Part shown: in pieces, positions 10,401 to 25,400 of the stretch
Position numbering within the stretch: the first letter of the stretch is position 1
Layout: the number at the start of each line of letters is the position of its first letter
Origin: Squalus acanthias
Lineage: Eukaryota
Direction of reading: 5' to 3'
DNA length: 64,000 bases
NCBI GenBank assembly: GCA_030390025.1
Contig: JASTWF010000033.1
Span: 2,110,001-2,174,000 of the forward strand
Notes under the pieces: generated by a model
What the model saw: only the letters and a program-made list of their open reading frames with translations
Told to the model about the DNA's origin: nothing
The model's database searches: none
Position numbers and translations under genes: made by a program

Positions 10401-13400
10401 TGATGGGACAGTGTAGAGGGAGCTTTTACTCTGTATCTAACCCTGTGCTATACCTACCCTGGAGTGGTTATGGACAGTGTAGAGGTAGGCTTTACTCTGT
10501 ATCTAACCCGTGCTGTACCTGCCCTGGAGTGTTTGATGGGACAGTGTAGAGGGAGCTTTACTCTGTATCTAACCGTGCTGTACCTGCCCTGGCAGTGTTT
10601 GATGGGACAGTGTAGAGGGAGCTTTACTCTGTATCTAACCTGTGCAGTACCATATCCCTGGAGTGTTTGATGGGACAGTGTAGAGGGAGCTTTACTCTGG
10701 TATCTAACCCGTGCTGTACCTGCCCTGGAGTGTTTGATGGGACAGTGTAGATGGAGCTTACTCTGTATCTAACTGTGCTGACCTGCCCTTGGAGTGTTTG
10801 ATGGGACAGTGTAGAGGGAGCTTTACTCTGTATCTTAACCCGTGCTGTACCTGCCCTGGAGTGTTTGATGGGACAGTGTAGAGGGAGCTTTACTCTGTAT
10901 CTTACCTGTGGCTGTACCTGCCCTGGGAGTGTTTGATGGACAGTGTAGAGGGAGCTTTACTCTGTATCTAAGCCGTGCTGTACCTGCCCTGGGAGTGTTT
11001 GGATGGGACAGTGTAGAGGGAGCTTTACTCTGTATCTAACCCGTTGCTGTACCTGCCCTGGGAGTGTTTGATGGGACAGTGTAGAGGGAGCTTTACTCTG
11101 TATCAACCTGTGCTGTACCTGCCCTGGGAGTGTTTGATGGGACAGTGTAGAGGGAGCTTTACTCTGTATCTAACCCGTGCTGTATCTGCCCTGGGGAGTG
11201 TTTGAATGGGACAGTGTAGAGGGAGCTTTACTCTGTATCTAACCGTGCTGTACTGCCCTGGGAGTGTTTGATGGGACAGTGTAGAGGGAGCTTTACTCTG
11301 CATCTAGACCTCGTTTGTATCTGCCCGGGAGTGTTTGATGGGACAGTGTAGAGGGAGCTTTACTCTGTATCTAACCCGTGCTGTACCTGCCCTGGGAGTG
11401 TTTGATGGGACAGTGTAGAGGGAGCTTTACTCTGTATCTAACCGTGCTGTACCTGCCCTGGGAGTGTTTGATGGGACAGTGTAGAGGGAGCTTTACTCTG
11501 TATCTAACCCGTGCTGTACCTGCCCTGGGAGTGTTTGATGGGACAGTGTAGAGGGAGCTTTACTCTGTATCTAACCCGTGCTGTACCTGCCCTGGGAGTG
11601 TTTGATGGGACAGTGTAGAGGGAGCTTTACTCTGTATCTAACCCGTGCTGTACCTGCCCTGGGAGTGTTTGATGGGACAGTGTAGAGGGAGCTTTACTCT
11701 GTATCTAACCCGTGCTGTACCTGCCCTGGGAGTGTTTGATGGGACAGTGTAGAGGGAGCTTTACTCTGTATCTAACCCGTGCTGTACCTGCCCTGGGAGT
11801 GTTTGATGGGACAGTGTAGAGGGAGCTTTACTCTGTATCTAACCCGTGCTGTACCTGCCCTGGGAGTGTTTGATGGGACAGTGTAGAGGGAGCTTTACTC
11901 TGTATCTAACCCGTGCTGTACCTGCCCTGGGAGTGTTTGATGGGACAGTGTAGAGGGAGCTTTACTCTGTATCTAACCCGTGCTGTACCTGCCCTGGGAG
12001 TGTTTGATGGGACAGTGTAGAGGGAGCTTTACTCTGTATCTAACCCGTGCTGTACCTGCCCTGGGAGTGTTTGATGGGACAGTGTAGAGGGAGCTTTACT
12101 CTGTATCTAACCGTGCTGTACCTGCCCTGGGAGTGTTTGATGGGACAGTGTAGAGGGAGCTTTACTCTGTATCTAACCCGTGCTGTACCTGCCCTGGGAG
12201 TGTTTGATGGGACAGTGTAGAGGGAGCTTTACTCTGTATCTAACCCGTGCTGTACCTGCCCTGGGAGTGTTTGATGGGACAGTGTAGAGGGAGCTTTACT
12301 CTGTATCTAACCCGTGCTGTACCTGCCCTGGGAGTGTTTGATGGGACAGTGTAGAGGGAGCTTTACTCTGTATCTAACCCGTGCTGTACCTGCCCTGGGA
12401 GTGTTTGATGGGACAGTGTAGAGGGAGCTTTACTCTGTATCTAACCCGTGCTGTACCTGCCCTGGGAGTGTTTGATGGGACAGTGTAGAGGGAGCTTTAC
12501 TCTGTATCTAACCCGTGCTGTACCTGCCCTGGGAGTGTTTGATGGGACAGTGTAGAGGGAGCTTTACTCTGTATCTAACCCGTGCTGTACCTGCCCTGGG
12601 AGTGTTTGATGGGACAGTGTAGAGGGAGCTTTACTCTGTATCTAACCCGTGCTGTACCTGCCCTGGGAGTGTTTGATGGGACAGTGTAGAGGGAGCTTTA
12701 CTCTGTATCTAACCCGTGCTGTACCTGCCCTGGGAGTGTTTGATGGGACAGTGTAGAGGGAGCTTTACTCTGTATCTAACCCGTGCTGTACCTGCCCTGG
12801 GAGTGTTTGATGGGACAGTGTAGAGGGAGCTTTACTCTGTATCTAACCCGTGCTGTACCTGCCCTGGGAGTGTTTGATGGGACAGTGTAGAGGGAGCTTT
12901 ACTCTGTATCTAACCCGTGCTGTACCTGCCCTGGGAGTGTTTGATGGGACAGTGTAGAGGGAGCTTTACTCTGTATCTAACCCGTGCTGTACCTGCCCTG
13001 GGAGTGTTTGATGGGACAGTGTAGAGGGAGCTTTACTCTGTATCTAACCCGTGCTGTACCTGCCCTGGGAGTGTTTGATGGGACAGTGTAGAGGGAGCTT
13101 TACTCTGTATCTAACCCGTGCTGTACCTGCCCTGGGAGTGTTTGATGGGACAGTGTAGAGGGAGCTTTACTCTGTATCTAACCCGTGCTGTACCTGCCCT
13201 GGGAGTGTTTGATGGGACAGTGTAGAGGGAGCTTTACTCTGTATCTAACCCGTGCTGTACCTGCCCTGGGAGTGTTTGATGGGACAGTGTAGAGGGAGCT
13301 TTACTCTGTATCTAACCCGTGCTGTACCTGCCTGGAGTGTTTGATGGGACAGTACTAGAGGGAGCTTTCTCTCGTATCTTACCCGTGCTGTACCTGCCCT

Positions 13401-16400
13401 GGGAGTGTTTGATGGGACAGTGTAGAGGGAGCTTTACTCTTCTATCTAAGCCGTGCTGTACCTGCCCTGGAGTGTTTGATGGGACAGTGTAGAGGGAAGC
13501 TTTACTCTGTATCTTACCCTGTGCTGTAGCCTGCCCTGGGGAGTGTTTGATGAGACAGTGTAGAGGGAGCTTTACTCGTATCTAACCCGTGCTGTACTGC
13601 CCTGGGAGTGTCTGGATGACAGTGTAGAGGGAGCTTTACTCTGTATCTAAGCCGTGCTGTACCTGCCCTTGGAGTATTGATGGGACAGTGTAGAGGGAGC
13701 TTTACTCTGTATCTAACCCGTGCTGTACCTGCCCTGGGAGTGTTTGATGGGGACAGTGTAGAGGGAGCTTTACTCTGTATCTAACTCGTGCTGTACCTGC
13801 CCGTGAGTGTTTGGATGGGGACAGTGTAGAGGGAGCTTTACTCTGTATCTAACCCGTGCTGTACCTGCCCTGGGAGTGTTTGATGGGACAGTGTAGAGGG
13901 AGCTTTACTCTGTATCTAACCCGTGCTGTACCTGCCCTGGGAGTGTTTGATGGGACAGTGTAGAGGGAGCTTTACTCTGTATCTAACCCGTGCTGTACCT
14001 GCCCTGGGAGTGTTTGATGGGACAGTGTAGAGGGAGCTTTACTCTGTATCTAACCCGTGCTGTACCTGCCCTGGGAGTGTTTGATGGGACAGTGTAGAGG
14101 GAGCTTTACTCTGTATCTAACCCGTGCTGTACCTGCCCTGGGAGTGTTTGATGGGACAGTGTAGAGGGAGCTTTACTCTGTATCTAACCCGTGCTGTACC
14201 TGCCCTGGGAGTGTTTGATGGGACAGTGTAGAGGGAGCTTTACTCTGTATCTAACCCGTGCTGTACCTGCCCTGGGAGTGTTTGATGGGACAGTGTAGAG
14301 GGAGCTTTACTCTGTATCTAACCCGTGCTGTACCTGCCCTGGGAGTGTTTGATGGGACAGTGTAGAGGGAGCTTTACTCTGTATCTAACCCGTGCTGTAC
14401 CTGCCCTGGGAGTGTTTGATGGGACAGTGTAGAGGGAGCTTTACTCTGTATCTAACCCGTGCTGTACCTGCCCTGGGAGTGTTTGATGGGACAGTGTAGA
14501 GGGAGCTTTACTCTGTATCTAACCCGTGCTGTACCTGCCCTGGGAGTGTTTGATGGGACAGTGTAGAGGGAGCTTTACTCTGTATCTAACCCGTGCTGTA
14601 CCTGCCCTGGGAGTGTTTGATGGGACAGTGTAGAGGGAGCTTTACTCTGTATCTAACCCGTGCTGTACCTGCCCTGGGAGTGTTTGATGGGACAGTGTAG
14701 AGGGAGCTTTACTCTGTATCTAACCCGTGCTGTACCTGCCCTGGGAGTGTTTGATGGGACAGTGTAGAGGGAGCTTTACTCTGTATCTAACCCGTGCTGT
14801 ACCTGCCCTGGGAGTGTTTGATGGGACAGTGTAGAGGGAGCTTTACTCTGTATCTAACCCGTGCTGTACCTGCCCTGGGAGTGTTTGATGGGACAGTGTA
14901 GAGGGAGCTTTACTCTGTATCTAACCCGTGCTGTACCTGCCCTGGGAGTGTTTGATGGGACAGTGTAGAGGGAGCTTTACTCTGTATCTAACCCGTGCTG
15001 TACCTGCCCTGGGAGTGTTTGATGGGACAGTGTAGAGGGAGCTTTACTCTGTATCTAACCCGTGCTGTACCTGCCCTGGGAGTGTTTGATGGGACAGTGT
15101 AGAGGGAGCTTTACTCTGTATCTAACCCGTGCTGTACCTGCCCTGGGAGTGTTTGATGGGACAGTGTAGAGGGAGCTTTACTCTGTATCTAACCCGTGCT
15201 GTACCTGCCCTGGGAGTGTTTGATGGGACAGTGTAGAGGGAGCTTTACTCTGTATCTAACCCGTGCTGTACCTGCCCTGGGAGTGTTTGATGGGACAGTG
15301 TAGAGGGAGCTTTACTCTGTATCTAACCCGTGCTGTACCTGCCCTGGGAGTGTTTGATGGGACAGTGTAGAGGGAGCTTTACTCTGTATCTAACCCGTGC
15401 TGTACCTGCCCTGGGAGTGTTTGATGGGACAGTGTAGAGGGAGCTTTACTCTGTATCTAACCCGTGCTGTACCTGCCCTGGGAGTGTTTGATGGGACAGT
15501 GTAGAGGGAGCTTTACTCTGTATCTAACCCGTGCTGTACCTGCCCTGGGAGTGTTTGATGGGACAGTGTAGAGGGAGCTTTACTCTGTATCTAACCCGTG
15601 CTGTACCTGCCCTGGGAGTGTTTGATGGGACAGTGTAGAGGGAGCTTTACTCTGTATCTAACCCGTGCTGTACCTGCCCTGGGAGTGTTTGATGGGACAG
15701 TGTAGAGGGAGCTTTACTCTGTATCTAACCCGTGCTGTACCTGCCCTGGGAGTGTTTGATGGGACAGTGTAGAGGGAGCTTTACTCTGTATCTAACCCGT
15801 GCTGTACCTGCCCTGGGAGTGTTTGATGGGACAGTGTAGAGGGAGCTTTACTCTGTATCTAACCCGTGCTGTACCTGCCCTGGGAGTGTTTGATGGGACA
15901 GTGTAGAGGGAGCTTTACTCTGTATCTAACCCGTGCTGTACCTGCCCTGGGAGTGTTTGATGGGACAGTGTAGAGGGAGCTTTACTCTGTATCTAACCCG
16001 TGCTGTACCTGCCCTGGGAGTGTTTGATGGGACAGTGTAGAGGGAGCTTTACTCTGTATCTAACCCGTGCTGTACCTGCCCTGGGAGTGTTTGATGGGAC
16101 AGTGTAGAGGGAGCTTTACTCTGTATCTAACCCGTGCTGTACCTGCCCTGGGAGTGTTTGATGGGACAGTGTAGAGGGAGCTTTACTCTGTATCTAACCC
16201 GTGCTGTACCTGCCCTGGGAGTGTTTGATGGGACAGTGTAGAGGGAGCTTTACTCTGTATCTAACCCGTGCTGTACCTGCCCTGGGAGTGTTTGATGGGA
16301 CAGTGTAGAGGGAGCTTTACTCTGTATCTAACCCGTGCTGTACCTGCCCTGGGAGTGTTTGATGGGACAGTGTAGAGGGAGCTTTACTCTGTATCTAACC

Positions 16401-19400
16401 CGTGCTGTACCTGCCCTGGGAGTGTTTGATGGGACAGTGTAGAGGGAGCTTTACTCTGTATCTAACCCGTGCTGTACCTGCCCTGGGAGTGTTTGATGGG
16501 ACAGTGTAGAGGGAGCTTTACTCTGTATCTAACCCGTGCTGTACCTGCCCTGGGAGTGTTTGATGGGACAGTGTAGAGGGAGCTTTACTCTGTATCTAAC
16601 CCGTGCTGTACCTGCCCTGGGAGTGTTTGATGGGACAGTGTAGAGGGAGCTTTACTCTGTATCTAACCCGTGCTGTACCTGCCCTGGGAGTGTTTGATGG
16701 GACAGTGTAGAGGGAGCTTTACTCTGTATCTAACCCGTGCTGTACCTGCCCTGGGAGTGTTTGATGGGACAGTGTAGAGGGAGCTTTACTCTGTATCTAA
16801 CCCGTGCTGTACCTGCCCTGGGAGTGTTTGATGGGACAGTGTAGAGGGAGCTTTACTCTGTATCTAACCCGTGCTGTACCTGCCCTGGGAGTGTTTGATG
16901 GGACAGTGTAGAGGGAGCTTTACTCTGTATCTAACCCGTGCTGTACCTGCCCTGGGAGTGTTTGATGGGACAGTGTAGAGGGAGCTTTACTCTGTATCTA
17001 ACCCGTGCTGTACCTGCCCTGGGAGTGTTTGATGGGACAGTGTAGAGGGAGCTTTACTCTGTATCTAACCCGTGCTGTACCTGCCCTGGGAGTGTTTGAT
17101 GGGACAGTGTAGAGGGAGCTTTACTCTGTATCTAACCCGTGCTGTACCTGCCCTGGGAGTGTTTGATGGGACAGTGTAGAGGGAGCTTTACTCTGTATCT
17201 AACCCGTGCTGTACCTGCCCTGGGAGTGTTTGATGGGACAGTGTAGAGGGAGCTTTACTCTGTATCTAACCCGTGCTGTACCTGCCCTGGGAGTGTTTGA
17301 TGGGACAGTGTAGAGGGAGCTTTACTCTGTATCTAACCCGTGCTGTACCTGCCCTGGGAGTGTTTGATGGGACAGTGTAGAGGGAGCTTTACTCTGTATC
17401 TAACCCGTGCTGTACCTGCCCTGGGAGTGTTTGATGGGACAGTGTAGAGGGAGCTTTACTCTGTATCTAACCCGTGCTGTACCTGCCCTGGGAGTGTTTG
17501 ATGGGACAGTGTAGAGGGAGCTTTACTCTGTATCTAACCCGTGCTGTACCTGCCCTGGGAGTGTTTGATGGGACAGTGTAGAGGGAGCTTTACTCTGTAT
17601 CTAACCCGTGCTGTACCTGCCCTGGGAGTGTTTGATGGGACAGTGTAGAGGGAGCTTTACTCTGTATCTAACCCGTGCTGTACCTGCCCTGGGAGTGTTT
17701 GATGGGACAGTGTAGAGGGAGCTTTACTCTGTATCTAACCCGTGCTGTACCTGCCCTGGGAGTGTTTGATGGGACAGTGTAGAGGGAGCTTTACTCTGTA
17801 TCTAACCCGTGCTGTACCTGCCCTGGGAGTGTTTGATGGGACAGTGTAGAGGGAGCTTTACTCTGTATCTAACCCGTGCTGTACCTGCCCTGGGAGTGTT
17901 TGATGGGACAGTGTAGAGGGAGCTTTACTCTGTATCTAACCCGTGCTGTACCTGCCCTGGGAGTGTTTGATGGGACAGTGTAGAGGGAGCTTTACTCTGT
18001 ATCTAACCCGTGCTGTACCTGCCCTGGGAGTGTTTGATGGGACAGTGTAGAGGGAGCTTTACTCTGTATCTAACCCGTGCTGTACCTGCCCTGGGAGTGT
18101 TTGATGGGACAGTGTAGAGGGAGCTTTACTCTGTATCTAACCCGTGCTGTACCTGCCCTGGGAGTGTTTGATGGGACAGTGTAGAGGGAGCTTTACTCTG
18201 TATCTAACCCGTGCTGTACCTGCCCTGGGAGTGTTTGATGGGACAGTGTAGAGGGAGCTTTACTCTGTATCTAACCCGTGCTGTACCTGCCCTGGGAGTG
18301 TTTGATGGGACAGTGTAGAGGGAGCTTTACTCTGTATCTAACCCGTGCTGTACCTGCCCTGGGAGTGTTTGATGGGACAGTGTAGAGGGAGCTTTACTCT
18401 GTATCTAACCCGTGCTGTACCTGCCCTGGGAGTGTTTGATGGGACAGTGTAGAGGGAGCTTTACTCTGTATCTAACCCGTGCTGTACCTGCCCTGGGAGT
18501 GTTTGATGGGACAGTGTAGAGGGAGCTTTACTCTGTATCTAACCCGTGCTGTACCTGCCCTGGGAGTGTTTGATGGGACAGTGTAGAGGGAGCTTTACTC
18601 TGTATCTAACCCGTGCTGTACCTGCCCTGGGAGTGTTTGATGGGACAGTGTAGAGGGAGCTTTACTCTGTATCTAACCCGTGCTGTACCTGCCCTGGGAG
18701 TGTTTGATGGGACAGTGTAGAGGGAGCTTTACTCTGTATCTAACCCGTGCTGTACCTGCCCTGGGAGTGTTTGATGGGACAGTGTAGAGGGAGCTTTACT
18801 CTGTATCTAACCCGTGCTGTACCTGCCCTGGGAGTGTTTGATGGGACAGTGTAGAGGGAGCTTTACTCTGTATCTAACCCGTGCTGTACCTGCCCTGGGA
18901 GTGTTTGATGGGACAGTGTAGAGGGAGCTTTACTCTGTATCTAACCCGTGCTGTACCTGCCCTGGGAGTGTTTGATGGGACAGTGTAGAGGGAGCTTTAC
19001 TCTGTATCTAACCCGTGCTGTACCTGCCCTGGGAGTGTTTGATGGGACAGTGTAGAGGGAGCTTTACTCTGTATCTAACCCGTGCTGTACCTGCCCTGGG
19101 AGTGTTTGATGGGACAGTGTAGAGGGAGCTTTACTCTGTATCTAACCCGTGCTGTACCTGCCCTGGGAGTGTTTGATGGGACAGTGTAGAGGGAGCTTTA
19201 CTCTGTATCTAACCCGTGCTGTACCTGCCCTGGGAGTGTTTGATGGGACAGTGTAGAGGGAGCTTTACTCTGTATCTAACCCGTGCTGTACCTGCCCTGG
19301 GAGTGTTTGATGGGACAGTGTAGAGGGAGCTTTACTCTGTATCTAACCCGTGCTGTACCTGCCCTGGGAGTGTTTGATGGGACAGTGTAGAGGGAGCTTT

Positions 19401-22400
19401 ACTCTGTATCTAACCCGTGCTGTACCTGCCCTGGGAGTGTTTGATGGGACAGTGTAGAGGGAGCTTTACTCTGTATCTAACCCGTGCTGTACCTGCCCTG
19501 GGAGTGTTTGATGGGACAGTGTAGAGGGAGCTTTACTCTGTATCTAACCCGTGCTGTACCTGCCCTGGGAGTGTTTGATGGGACAGTGTAGAGGGAGCTT
19601 TACTCTGTATCTAACCCGTGCTGTACCTGCCCTGGGAGTGTTTGATGGGACAGTGTAGAGGGAGCTTTACTCTGTATCTAACCCGTGCTGTACCTGCCCT
19701 GGGAGTGTTTGATGGGACAGTGTAGAGGGAGCTTTACTCTGTATCTAACCCGTGCTGTACCTGCCCTGGGAGTGTTTGATGGGACAGTGTAGAGGGAGCT
19801 TTACTCTGTATCTAACCCGTGCTGTACCTGCCCTGGGAGTGTTTGATGGGACAGTGTAGAGGGAGCTTTACTCTGTATCTAACCCGTGCTGTACCTGCCC
19901 TGGGAGTGTTTGATGGGACAGTGTAGAGGGAGCTTTACTCTGTATCTAACCCGTGCTGTACCTGCCCTGGGAGTGTTTGATGGGACAGTGTAGAGGGAGC
20001 TTTACTCTGTATCTAACCCGTGCTGTACCTGCCCTGGGAGTGTTTGATGGGACAGTGTAGAGGGAGCTTTACTCTGTATCTAACCCGTGCTGTACCTGCC
20101 CTGGGAGTGTTTGATGGGACAGTGTAGAGGGAGCTTTACTCTGTATCTAACCCGTGCTGTACCTGCCCTGGGAGTGTTTGATGGGACAGTGTAGAGGGAG
20201 CTTTACTCTGTATCTAACCCGTGCTGTACCTGCCCTGGGAGTGTTTGATGGGACAGTGTAGAGGGAGCTTTACTCTGTATCTAACCCGTGCTGTACCTGC
20301 CCTGGGAGTGTTTGATGGGACAGTGTAGAGGGAGCTTTACTCTGTATCTAACCCGTGCTGTACCTGCCCTGGGAGTGTTTGATGGGACAGTGTAGAGGGA
20401 GCTTTACTCTGTATCTAACCCGTGCTGTACCTGCCCTGGGAGTGTTTGATGGGACAGTGTAGAGGGAGCTTTACTCTGTATCTAACCCGTGCTGTACCTG
20501 CCCTGGGAGTGTTTGATGGGACAGTGTAGAGGGAGCTTTACTCTGTATCTAACCCGTGCTGTACCTGCCCTGGGAGTGTTTGATGGGACAGTGTAGAGGG
20601 AGCTTTACTCTGTATCTAACCCGTGCTGTACCTGCCCTGGGAGTGTTTGATGGGACAGTGTAGAGGGAGCTTTACTCTGTATCTAACCCGTGCTGTACCT
20701 GCCCTGGGAGTGTTTGATGGGACAGTGTAGAGGGAGCTTTACTCTGTATCTAACCCGTGCTGTACCTGCCCTGGGAGTGTTTGATGGGACAGTGTAGAGG
20801 GAGCTTTACTCTGTATCTAACCCGTGCTGTACCTGCCCTGGGAGTGTTTGATGGGACAGTGTAGAGGGAGCTTTACTCTGTATCTAACCCGTGCTGTACC
20901 TGCCCTGGGAGTGTTTGATGGGACAGTGTAGAGGGAGCTTTACTCTGTATCTAACCCGTGCTGTACCTGCCCTGGGAGTGTTTGATGGGACAGTGTAGAG
21001 GGAGCTTTACTCTGTATCTAACCCGTGCTGTACCTGCCCTGGGAGTGTTTGATGGGACAGTGTAGAGGGAGCTTTACTCTGTATCTAACCCGTGCTGTAC
21101 CTGCCCTGGGAGTGTTTGATGGGACAGTGTAGAGGGAGCTTTACTCTGTATCTAACCCGTGCTGTACCTGCCCTGGGAGTGTTTGATGGGACAGTGTAGA
21201 GGGAGCTTTACTCTGTATCTAACCCGTGCTGTACCTGCCCTGGGAGTGTTTGATGGGACAGTGTAGAGGGAGCTTTACTCTGTATCTAACCCGTGCTGTA
21301 CCTGCCCTGGGAGTGTTTGATGGGACAGTGTAGAGGGAGCTTTACTCTGTATCTAACCCGTGCTGTACCTGCCCTGGGAGTGTTTGATGGGACAGTGTAG
21401 AGGGAGCTTTACTCTGTATCTAACCCGTGCTGTACCTGCCCTGGGAGTGTTTGATGGGACAGTGTAGAGGGAGCTTTACTCTGTATCTAACCCGTGCTGT
21501 ACCTGCCCTGGGAGTGTTTGATGGGACAGTGTAGAGGGAGCTTTACTCTGTATCTAACCCGTGCTGTACCTGCCCTGGGAGTGTTTGATGGGACAGTGTA
21601 GAGGGAGCTTTACTCTGTATCTAACCCGTGCTGTACCTGCCCTGGGAGTGTTTGATGGGACAGTGTAGAGGGAGCTTTACTCTGTATCTAACCCGTGCTG
21701 TACCTGCCCTGGGAGTGTTTGATGGGACAGTGTAGAGGGAGCTTTACTCTGTATCTAACCCGTGCTGTACCTGCCCTGGGAGTGTTTGATGGGACAGTGT
21801 AGAGGGAGCTTTACTCTGTATCTAACCCGTGCTGTACCTGCCCTGGGAGTGTTTGATGGGACAGTGTAGAGGGAGCTTTACTCTGTATCTAACCCGTGCT
21901 GTACCTGCCCTGGGAGTGTTTGATGGGACAGTGTAGAGGGAGCTTTACTCTGTATCTAACCCGTGCTGTACCTGCCCTGGGAGTGTTTGATGGGACAGTG
22001 TAGAGGGAGCTTTACTCTGTATCTAACCCGTGCTGTACCTGCCCTGGGAGTGTTTGATGGGACAGTGTAGAGGGAGCTTTACTCTGTATCTAACCCGTGC
22101 TGTACCTGCCCTGGGAGTGTTTGATGGGACAGTGTAGAGGGAGCTTTACTCTGTATCTAACCCGTGCTGTACCTGCCCTGGGAGTGTTTGATGGGACAGT
22201 GTAGAGGGAGCTTTACTCTGTATCTAACCCGTGCTGTACCTGCCCTGGGAGTGTTTGATGGGACAGTGTAGAGGGAGCTTTACTCTGTATCTAACCCGTG
22301 CTGTACCTGCCCTGGGAGTGTTTGATGGGACAGTGTAGAGGGAGCTTTACTCTGTATCTAACCCGTGCTGTACCTGCCCTGGGAGTGTTTGATGGGACAG

Positions 22401-25400
22401 TGTAGAGGGAGCTTTACTCTGTATCTAACCCGTGCTGTACCTGCCCTGGGAGTGTTTGATGGGACAGTGTAGAGGGAGCTTTACTCTGTATCTAACCCGT
22501 GCTGTACCTGCCCTGGGAGTGTTTGATGGGACAGTGTAGAGGGAGCTTTACTCTGTATCTAACCCGTGCTGTACCTGCCCTGGGAGTGTTTGATGGGACA
22601 GTGTAGAGGGAGCTTTACTCTGTATCTAACCCGTGCTGTACCTGCCCTGGGAGTGTTTGATGGGACAGTGTAGAGGGAGCTTTACTCTGTATCTAACCCG
22701 TGCTGTACCTGCCCTGGGAGTGTTTGATGGGACAGTGTAGAGGGAGCTTTACTCTGTATCTAACCCGTGCTGTACCTGCCCTGGGAGTGTTTGATGGGAC
22801 AGTGTAGAGGGAGCTTTACTCTGTATCTAACCCGTGCTGTACCTGCCCTGGGAGTGTTTGATGGGACAGTGTAGAGGGAGCTTTACTCTGTATCTAACCC
22901 GTGCTGTACCTGCCCTGGGAGTGTTTGATGGGACAGTGTAGAGGGAGCTTTACTCTGTATCTAACCCGTGCTGTACCTGCCCTGGGAGTGTTTGATGGGA
23001 CAGTGTAGAGGGAGCTTTACTCTGTATCTAACCCGTGCTGTACCTGCCCTGGGAGTGTTTGATGGGACAGTGTAGAGGGAGCTTTACTCTGTATCTAACC
23101 CGTGCTGTACCTGCCCTGGGAGTGTTTGATGGGACAGTGTAGAGGGAGCTTTACTCTGTATCTAACCCGTGCTGTACCTGCCCTGGGAGTGTTTGATGGG
23201 ACAGTGTAGAGGGAGCTTTACTCTGTATCTAACCCGTGCTGTACCTGCCCTGGGAGTGTTTGATGGGACAGTGTAGAGGGAGCTTTACTCTGTATCTAAC
23301 CCGTGCTGTACCTGCCCTGGGAGTGTTTGATGGGACAGTGTAGAGGGAGCTTTACTCTGTATCTAACCCGTGCTGTACCTGCCCTGGGAGTGTTTGATGG
23401 GACAGTGTAGAGGGAGCTTTACTCTGTATCTAACCCGTGCTGTACCTGCCCTGGGAGTGTTTGATGGGACAGTGTAGAGGGAGCTTTACTCTGTATCTAA
23501 CCCGTGCTGTACCTGCCCTGGGAGTGTTTGATGGGACAGTGTAGAGGGAGCTTTACTCTGTATCTAACCCGTGCTGTACCTGCCCTGGGAGTGTTTGATG
23601 GGACAGTGTAGAGGGAGCTTTACTCTGTATCTAACCCGTGCTGTACCTGCCCTGGGAGTGTTTGATGGGACAGTGTAGAGGGAGCTTTACTCTGTATCTA
23701 ACCCGTGCTGTACCTGCCCTGGGAGTGTTTGATGGGACAGTGTAGAGGGAGCTTTACTCTGTATCTAACCCGTGCTGTACCTGCCCTGGGAGTGTTTGAT
23801 GGGACAGTGTAGAGGGAGCTTTACTCTGTATCTAACCCGTGCTGTACCTGCCCTGGGAGTGTTTGATGGGACAGTGTAGAGGGAGCTTTACTCTGTATCT
23901 AACCCGTGCTGTACCTGCCCTGGGAGTGTTTGATGGGACAGTGTAGAGGGAGCTTTACTCTGTATCTAACCCGTGCTGTACCTGCCCTGGGAGTGTTTGA
24001 TGGGACAGTGTAGAGGGAGCTTTACTCTGTATCTAACCCGTGCTGTACCTGCCCTGGGAGTGTTTGATGGGACAGTGTAGAGGGAGCTTTACTCTGTATC
24101 TAACCCGTGCTGTACCTGCCCTGGGAGTGTTTGATGGGACAGTGTAGAGGGAGCTTTACTCTGTATCTAACCCGTGCTGTACCTGCCCTGGGAGTGTTTG
24201 ATGGGACAGTGTAGAGGGAGCTTTACTCTGTATCTAACCCGTGCTGTACCTGCCCTGGGAGTGTTTGATGGGACAGTGTAGAGGGAGCTTTACTCTGTAT
24301 CTAACCCGTGCTGTACCTGCCCTGGGAGTGTTTGATGGGACAGTGTAGAGGGAGCTTTACTCTGTATCTAACCCGTGCTGTACCTGCCCTGGGAGTGTTT
24401 GATGGGACAGTGTAGAGGGAGCTTTACTCTGTATCTAACCCGTGCTGTACCTGCCCTGGGAGTGTTTGATGGGACAGTGTAGAGGGAGCTTTACTCTGTA
24501 TCTAACCCGTGCTGTACCTGCCCTGGGAGTGTTTGATGGGACAGTGTAGAGGGAGCTTTACTCTGTATCTAACCCGTGCTGTACCTGCCCTGGGAGTGTT
24601 TGATGGGACAGTGTAGAGGGAGCTTTACTCTGTATCTAACCCGTGCTGTACCTGCCCTGGGAGTGTTTGATGGGACAGTGTAGAGGGAGCTTTACTCTGT
24701 ATCTAACCCGTGCTGTACCTGCCCTGGGAGTGTTTGATGGGACAGTGTAGAGGGAGCTTTACTCTGTATCTAACCCGTGCTGTACCTGCCCTGGGAGTGT
24801 TTGATGGGACAGTGTAGAGGGAGCTTTACTCTGTATCTAACCCGTGCTGTACCTGCCCTGGGAGTGTTTGATGGGACAGTGTAGAGGGAGCTTTACTCTG
24901 TATCTAACCCGTGCTGTACCTGCCCTGGGAGTGTTTGATGGGACAGTGTAGAGGGAGCTTTACTCTGTATCTAACCCGTGCTGTACCTGCCCTGGGAGTG
25001 TTTGATGGGACAGTGTAGAGGGAGCTTTACTCTGTATCTAACCCGTGCTGTACCTGCCCTGGGAGTGTTTGATGGGACAGTGTAGAGGGAGCTTTACTCT
25101 GTATCTAACCCGTGCTGTACCTGCCCTGGGAGTGTTTGATGGGACAGTGTAGAGGGAGCTTTACTCTGTATCTAACCCGTGCTGTACCTGCCCTGGGAGT
25201 GTTTGATGGGACAGTGTAGAGGGAGCTTTACTCTGTATCTAACCCGTGCTGTACCTGCCCTGGGAGTGTTTGATGGGACAGTGTAGAGGGAGCTTTACTC
25301 TGTATCTAACCCGTGCTGTACCTGCCCTGGGAGTGTTTGATGGGACAGTGTAGAGGGAGCTTTACTCTGTATCTAACCCGTGCTGTACCTGCCCTGGGAG

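Noticed and set aside
7439..11330. Highly diverged old satellite layer next to the gap
   Set aside because: The differences are mostly single-base indels in homopolymers at a contig end, typical of low-coverage long-read error. The same applies after about 63190.
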